31,214 nt of DNA, from positions 1 to 31,214 of the forward strand of contig JAGBSR010000063.1 of the NCBI GenBank assembly GCA_017631745.1, in the 5' to 3' direction. This stretch comes from Clostridia bacterium. GTDB lineage: Bacteria; Bacillota; Clostridia; Oscillospirales; Acutalibacteraceae. Positions 26,784-31,214 of the stretch are shown here, piece by piece. The notes under the pieces are model-generated. The model was not told the origin of the DNA. It made no database searches and saw only the letters and a list, made by a program, of their open reading frames with translations. Both the position numbers and the translations under genes were made by a program. Positions within the stretch are counted from its first letter, which is position 1. Each line of letters begins with the position of its first letter.

Positions 26784-27905
26784 TTACTCCTCATATTCTT
26801 TCATTATTTCGCCAAGGGCACTGCCTCAGCACCTGCCCGTGTATACGGCCTCTTCCAATGTATTTGCATCGGAGCCCACCTCAACCAAAAGTGAACAATG
26901 GCTGACATTCATATTATATTTCCTCGGGCAGAAATAAAGGGGTCTTGTTATGCCCTGATACATCTTCTCAAGCTGATTTTGCAGATGCACCGCAAAGGTA
27001 AGATTATATCTCCAGTCAGGGAAATTTTCTATGGGGTTACCCTCCTCCTGACAGCCGCTGATTATCATAATCTGCGCCGCTTTTTTTCCATTGATTGTGG
27101 CAGTAGGCTTGATTTTTGAGCCGTCGCTTTGCTGAATGGCATCACGGTGTATGTCTAATACTATCTGTATTGACGGATGCTTTTTCAGGTATTCTTCCAC
27201 CTTTTTCCTCGAGTGGGCGTAGGCTCCGTTGTAGCTCAGGTCGTGGATTTCCTTATCGTGGATAACCTTGTAGCCTGCCATTTCAATTTCACGGCAGATT
27301 TCCTCGCCTACTCTTATCATATTCTGTCCTGAGTCCTTGGTACGGGTGGCAAAGTTTGTCTCGTAAAAGCCTCTGTCGAGTATCTGATAGGTCTCGGTTG
27401 TGTGGGTGTGGAATATGAGCACCGAGGGCTTATCTGCACTGACGGAAAGGTCGATTTTTTCACCGAGTATCTGCTCTATATCAATGTCAGTTTTATTCAC
27501 ATTTTTTACCTTCACAAGTCCGAAGCTGTCGGTGACTCCCTCGTTTTTATATTGCTTTTCATATATAGTGCCGTCTTTTTTGTCTTTAGAAGCGGTCTTT
27601 TCCCTTTCGGCGATAATCTTCTTTATATCCTCAGGGGTGTCGGTGAAGCTTTCACTGTCGGAAACAGTTACGGAAACGGCCTTTTCAGTTGTCGGCTCAG
27701 TTGCAGGCTGTGCCGTTGTGCTTTCGGCAGTGGTACTGACAGCAGTCGGCAGAGTTATGCCCTTATCGGGCAGATAGCTTTTTGCACTTTTTAAGGCAAG
27801 CTGAGAAAATGCATATATGAAAAATTCGTTGAAAATTACTGTCAGGGCTATTACCGAAGCGATTATCAATACTGCTATGAGATTCCTTAGTCCTTTGTTC
27901 TTCAT
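26784..27905 (-). CDS. spoIIP: Stage II sporulation protein P, with an in-frame TGA at 26826-26828
   Basis: IFHTHTTETY, LDIHRDA, RKYNMNV, LLVEVGSDANTLEEA; N-terminal TM; next to gpr. The frame continues GSALGEIMKEYEE to TAA at 26784-26786. Confidence 0.88.
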
Positions 27906-27995
27906 TCTTGTCCCTCCGGATTTATACTATATATACTAATATTCACAATCCGTGAGTAACATTCGTGCAGGAGGAAAATTTTGCTTTGCCGTAAG

Positions 27996-28109
27996 AGTGA
28001 GGGGCGGCTCAGGAAAAATCCGCTATGCGGATTTTGGCGCGCAGAACGCAGTTCTGTGCGCGGTGTGCGGCTTCGCCGCACACCCAGAGTCGGCACCCCA
28101 CCGCCTGCA
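27996..28109. repeat. Four-way-junction palindromic element, copy E2
   Basis: Stem CGGCTCAGG/CCAGAGTCG encloses three hairpins (loops TAT, GCA, TTC); flank CCACCGCCTGCA matches E1 CCACCGTCTGCA. Confidence 0.8.
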
Positions 28110-28988
28110 CTAACTTACAATTTCAGCAATCTCCCTTGCCGTAAGACCTCTCTGCAAAGCAGTGTTTATCCCCATAGCAATAAGGTGTGAGGCATTGTCA
28201 ATAAGGCTGTCGATTTCCTTGGGCGTGACCATCATCTGACGGTGTGCGCTCAGGTCAATATCAGGCAGAGCCACACCTGCCTTTTCAAAAACATCTGTAG
28301 CCATAGTCAGCGCATCCACCACCGTCGGCACACCCACAGCAATAACGGGCACACCCAGAGTTTCGGCATTGATGCCCTTTCTTCTGTTGCCCACACCCGA
28401 CCCCGGTGACACACCCGTATCGCAAAGCTGAACCGTATTGCCGAGCCTTGCCGTTTCTCTTGAAGCGAGGGCATCGATGACAATAACACAGCAGGGCGAA
28501 ATCTTCTCAACCACACCGCTGATAATTTCCACTGTTTCAATGCCCGTTTTACCGAGCACACCGGGCACAATGCCTGCCACACTGCGAAGCTCACCGAGAC
28601 CGAGACTCTCTGCAAGCTCACTGCCGATATGTCTTGTAGCAAATAGCTTGCCCACACTTTTAGGCCCGAGTGCATCGGGGGTTATGTCTTCATTGCCGAG
28701 GCCCGCCACAAGTACCGTGCCCTCTGAGGGAAGCAGGTCTCTGAGCTCACGGCTGAGAGCATAGCAGACAGCAGTGAAAACCTGACTGCTTTTATAGAGC
28801 TTTTCCGTTTCGAGGGTGATATATCTGCCTATGGGCTTGCCGATGAGCTTTTCACCCTGAGAGTTTATAATTTCTATGGTGGTGATTTTCACTCCGTCTT
28901 CACTTTTACAGGAGGATAAAACCCCGTCGAGTTTTTCTTTTTCGTGATATTCCTGCCTTTCTATGGCAAGATCTGTGCGAAAATTCAA
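28110..28988 (-). CDS. gpr: Germination protease GPR
   Basis: RTDLAIE, VAGLGNEDITPDALGP, PGVLGKTGIET, VIDALASR, GVPTVVDA, MVTPKEID; divergent from rpsT. Confidence 0.96.
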   Translation of the reverse strand: MNFRTDLAIERQEYHEKEKLDGVLSSCKSEDGVKITTIEIINSQGEKLIGKPIGRYITLETEKLYKSSQVFTAVCYALSRELRDLLPSEGTVLVAGLGNEDITPDALGPKSVGKLFATRHIGSELAESLGLGELRSVAGIVPGVLGKTGIETVEIISGVVEKISPCCVIVIDALASRETARLGNTVQLCDTGVSPGSGVGNRRKGINAETLGVPVIAVGVPTVVDALTMATDVFEKAGVALPDIDLSAHRQMMVTPKEIDSLIDNASHLIAMGINTALQRGLTAREIAEIVS

Positions 28989-29080
28989 ATTTTTTCACCT
29001 CAAACTATTGCATTATTTGAATTTTTATAGTATTATTATCGGCGTATGAAAAAAAGTCTATCCAAATTTGCAAAAATATC

Positions 29081-29109
29081 TTGCAATTTTTCAAAAAAAG
29101 TGATATGAT
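29081..29109 (+). promoter_or_regulatory. Putative sigma-A promoter of rpsT
   Basis: TTGCAA-17 nt-TATGAT with a TG extension. Confidence 0.65.
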
Positions 29110-29145
29110 GTCTTTTGCATGACGGTATTAAGAGGAGGTGTAATT

Positions 29146-29406
29146 ATGCCAAACATTAAATCAGCAAAGAAGCGTGTTCTCGTAAACGCAACAAAGCAGG
29201 CTCGTAACAAGTCAGCAAACTCAGCTCTTAAGACAGCTCTTAAGAAGGCTAACGTTGCTATCGAAACAAACGCTGAAGATAAGGAAGCAGCTGTAAAGCT
29301 TGCAGTTAAGAAGATCGACCAGGCTGTAGCTAAGGGTCTTCTTCACAAGAACAACGCTGCAAGAAAGAAGTCAGCTATCGTAACAAAGCTCAATTCTTCA
29401 AAATAA
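29146..29406 (+). CDS. rpsT: 30S ribosomal protein S20
   Basis: MPNIKSAKKRV...KGLLHKNNAARKKS; AGGAGGTG RBS before ATG 29146. Confidence 0.98.
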   Translation: MPNIKSAKKRVLVNATKQARNKSANSALKTALKKANVAIETNAEDKEAAVKLAVKKIDQAVAKGLLHKNNAARKKSAIVTKLNSSK

Positions 29407-29428
29407 TCAGCAAAGTTTATAAGATTAT

Positions 29429-29453
29429 GAGATGGGTTCGCCCGTCTCTTTTT
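29429..29453 (+). terminator. Terminator of rpsT
   Basis: GAGATGGG-TTCG-CCCGTCTC-TTTTT. Confidence 0.85.
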
Positions 29454-29489
29454 CTTTTGGCTCTGTAACATAATTATGGTTGATTCTGA

Positions 29490-29720
29490 AATGCAGAGTG
29501 CACTACGATGAATGCAGAATTCAGAGTGCAGAGTGCAGAATTAAGGGTCGCTTCGCTCCGATTATATCCGATTGAGGTAAGATATAAAATCGACGGCGGT
29601 TGGCATTTTAACCCGACTGACTCTGCGGAAGAAACTTATATATCAGCAGAACTTCACCCGCGACCACAATTCTGCATTTTGCATTTTGCATTCTGCATTC
29701 ATTGCAGTGCATTCTGCATT
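29490..29720. mobile_element. Non-coding MITE-like element with heptamer inverted arms, copy B
   Basis: 53-nt inverted arms 29490-29542/29668-29720; core blocks match copy A at 13/13, 49/51 and 21/22. Confidence 0.6.
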
Positions 29721-29933
29721 ATAATAAAATCATCCTATTGGGGGCACAGCCTTTCTTTTTATAAACGTTTATATTCATTACATATTTCCAACACAAAAAT
29801 CTGCGATAATATAATCAGGTGAGTATTATCCTATATTGTTATATAAAAACTTATATATTAATAAAAAAACAATTGAAATTTAACAACTTTCGTGATAATA
29901 TTTACACAGTATCATTTTGGAGGACTCTGTATT

Positions 29934-31214
29934 ATGAAAAAACATTTTTCAAAGTCGCTGATATTACTTGCCCTTATAATCAGCATTATGGCTCTTATGG
30001 GCCTTTCGGCAAGCGCTAAGACAATCACATCAGGCGATTTTGTTTTTGAAACTGCATCTTCGGGTGCCACTCTCAAGGAATATAAAGGCAAGGCGTCTGA
30101 GGTTGTAATCCCTTCAAAGGTTGAAACCTATAAGGTCACGGCAATCGGTGCTGAGGCTTTTTGGCAGAATAAAACAATGACCTCAGTTGAAATTCCCTCA
30201 ACGGTCACCTCAATCGGCAAGCTTGCATTCAGCGAATGCACTGCTCTTACAAAGGTTGTTTTACCCTCATCGGTAAAGACTGTCAGCGACAGTGCTTTCT
30301 GGTACTGCACCAACCTTAAAAAGATAGTTATTCCCGAATCAGTCAAGTCTATCGGCAACGACGCTTTCAAGGGCTGTGACAATCTGACAGCATATGTTAT
30401 CGAAGGCTCCTACGGTGAAGAGTACATAAAGGCACTCAAGAGTGTAAAGCTCGGCTACAGATACGCTAAGGATATGACCCTCAACTACACCTCTCTCACT
30501 GTGGGTCTCACAGCTGAAAGAAGCCTCAAGGCAACCTTCTCTCCCGAAGAAATCTACTCTTCAAAGGTAACATATAAATCCTCCGACACAAATATTGTAA
30601 CGGTTTCTTCAAGCGGTAAGGTAAAGGCTGTGGGTATCGGCAAGGCAACTATTACAGTCACCTCTTCCGACAACAGTAACCTGAGCAAAACAATATCCGT
30701 TACCGTTAATCCTCAGAAGGTAAAGACCTTAAAGAAAACCGCAGAAACCGCAGACAGCATTTCACTTTCCTGGAGCAAAATCACCAACGCCACAGGCTAC
30801 AAGCTCTATAAATATAATGAGACTACAAAAAAATGGGTCTGCATTTCAACTACATCAAAAACCTCTTACACAGATAAATCTGTTTTAATGGGCGACACCG
30901 CAAAATACAAGGTGCGCGCCTACACCAAGCTCAAAACAAAAACTCATTACGGTGAATACTCATCTGTTCTCACAGTTGCAATGGCTAAGCCAGGCACTGT
31001 TACAAAGCTGACAGCGGCAGCGGCAGAAAATTACGCTAAGCTTTCCTGGAAGGCAGCAGAAAATGCCAACGGCTACAGAGTTTATCTCTACGACACAAAG
31101 ACCAAGAAATTCGTCAAGAAGGCCTCAACCACTTCTCTTGAAGCTAAGATCACAGGCCTCAAAGACAACACCGAATATAAATTTGCAGTTCAGGCTTATT
31201 ACAAGGTTTCAGCC
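29934..31214 (+). CDS. Secreted surface protein: BspA-type LRR + Ig-like (Big_2) + FN3 repeats (partial, runs off window end)
   Basis: Hand translation from ATG 29934 (GGAGG RBS): MKKHFSKSLILLALIISIMALMGLSASA signal; IPSTVTSIGKLAFSEC repeats; YKSSDTNIVTVSSSGKVKA; LSWSKITNATGY. Confidence 0.85.
   Translation, partial: MKKHFSKSLILLALIISIMALMGLSASAKTITSGDFVFETASSGATLKEYKGKASEVVIPSKVETYKVTAIGAEAFWQNKTMTSVEIPSTVTSIGKLAFSECTALTKVVLPSSVKTVSDSAFWYCTNLKKIVIPESVKSIGNDAFKGCDNLTAYVIEGSYGEEYIKALKSVKLGYRYAKDMTLNYTSLTVGLTAERSLKATFSPEEIYSSKVTYKSSDTNIVTVSSSGKVKAVGIGKATITVTSSDNSNLSKTISVTVNPQKVKTLKKTAETADSISLSWSKITNATGYKLYKYNETTKKWVCISTTSKTSYTDKSVLMGDTAKYKVRAYTKLKTKTHYGEYSSVLTVAMAKPGTVTKLTAAAAENYAKLSWKAAENANGYRVYLYDTKTKKFVKKASTTSLEAKITGLKDNTEYKFAVQAYYKVSA

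Noticed and set aside
26826-26828. Alternative genetic code (TGA as a sense codon)
   Set aside because: TGA ends ecfA1 normally at 67-69, Trp is TGG where checked, and no other conserved gene here has an internal TGA.
196-30382. Many short ORFs antisense to or overlapping conserved genes (e.g. 2980..3309, 3504..3863, 27400..27777, 30128..30382)
   Set aside because: They are shadow frames of well-supported CDSs with no recognisable motifs or RBS.

Overview
Core-chromosome segment of a spore-forming clostridial Firmicute (inferred from ruvC, gpr, spoIIP and DUF512; probably Oscillospiraceae/Ruminococcaceae-like), mostly encoded on the minus strand. Housekeeping genes: ecfA2 (partial), ecfA1, a SAM methyltransferase, ruvBAC, GtrA/GtrB-like pair, der, DUF512, rpmF, DUF177, a CCA-adding enzyme, dapB/dapA under a lysine riboswitch, spoIIP, gpr and rpsT. 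Two large secreted FN3-repeat proteins are present, plus a carbohydrate cluster (MFS, membrane LRR protein, GH30, CE2 esterase, AEC carrier, GH27). No transposase, integrase, tRNA, rRNA or CRISPR was seen. The unexplained signal is intergenic. (1) Three sequence-divergent copies of a ~100-nt four-way-junction element: a closing stem plus three abutting hairpins, mostly capped by GNA/TNC triloops. (2) Two copies of a 230-310 bp element closed by long heptamer-built inverted repeats. Their mismatches are almost all G.T on the locally transcribed strand, and they enclose near-invariant blocks separated by variable segments. (3) Several other palindrome families. Two gene lesions were also found: a -1 frameshift in the GH30 gene and an in-frame TGA near the end of spoIIP. 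All calls are by eye and from recalled motifs; no searches were run.
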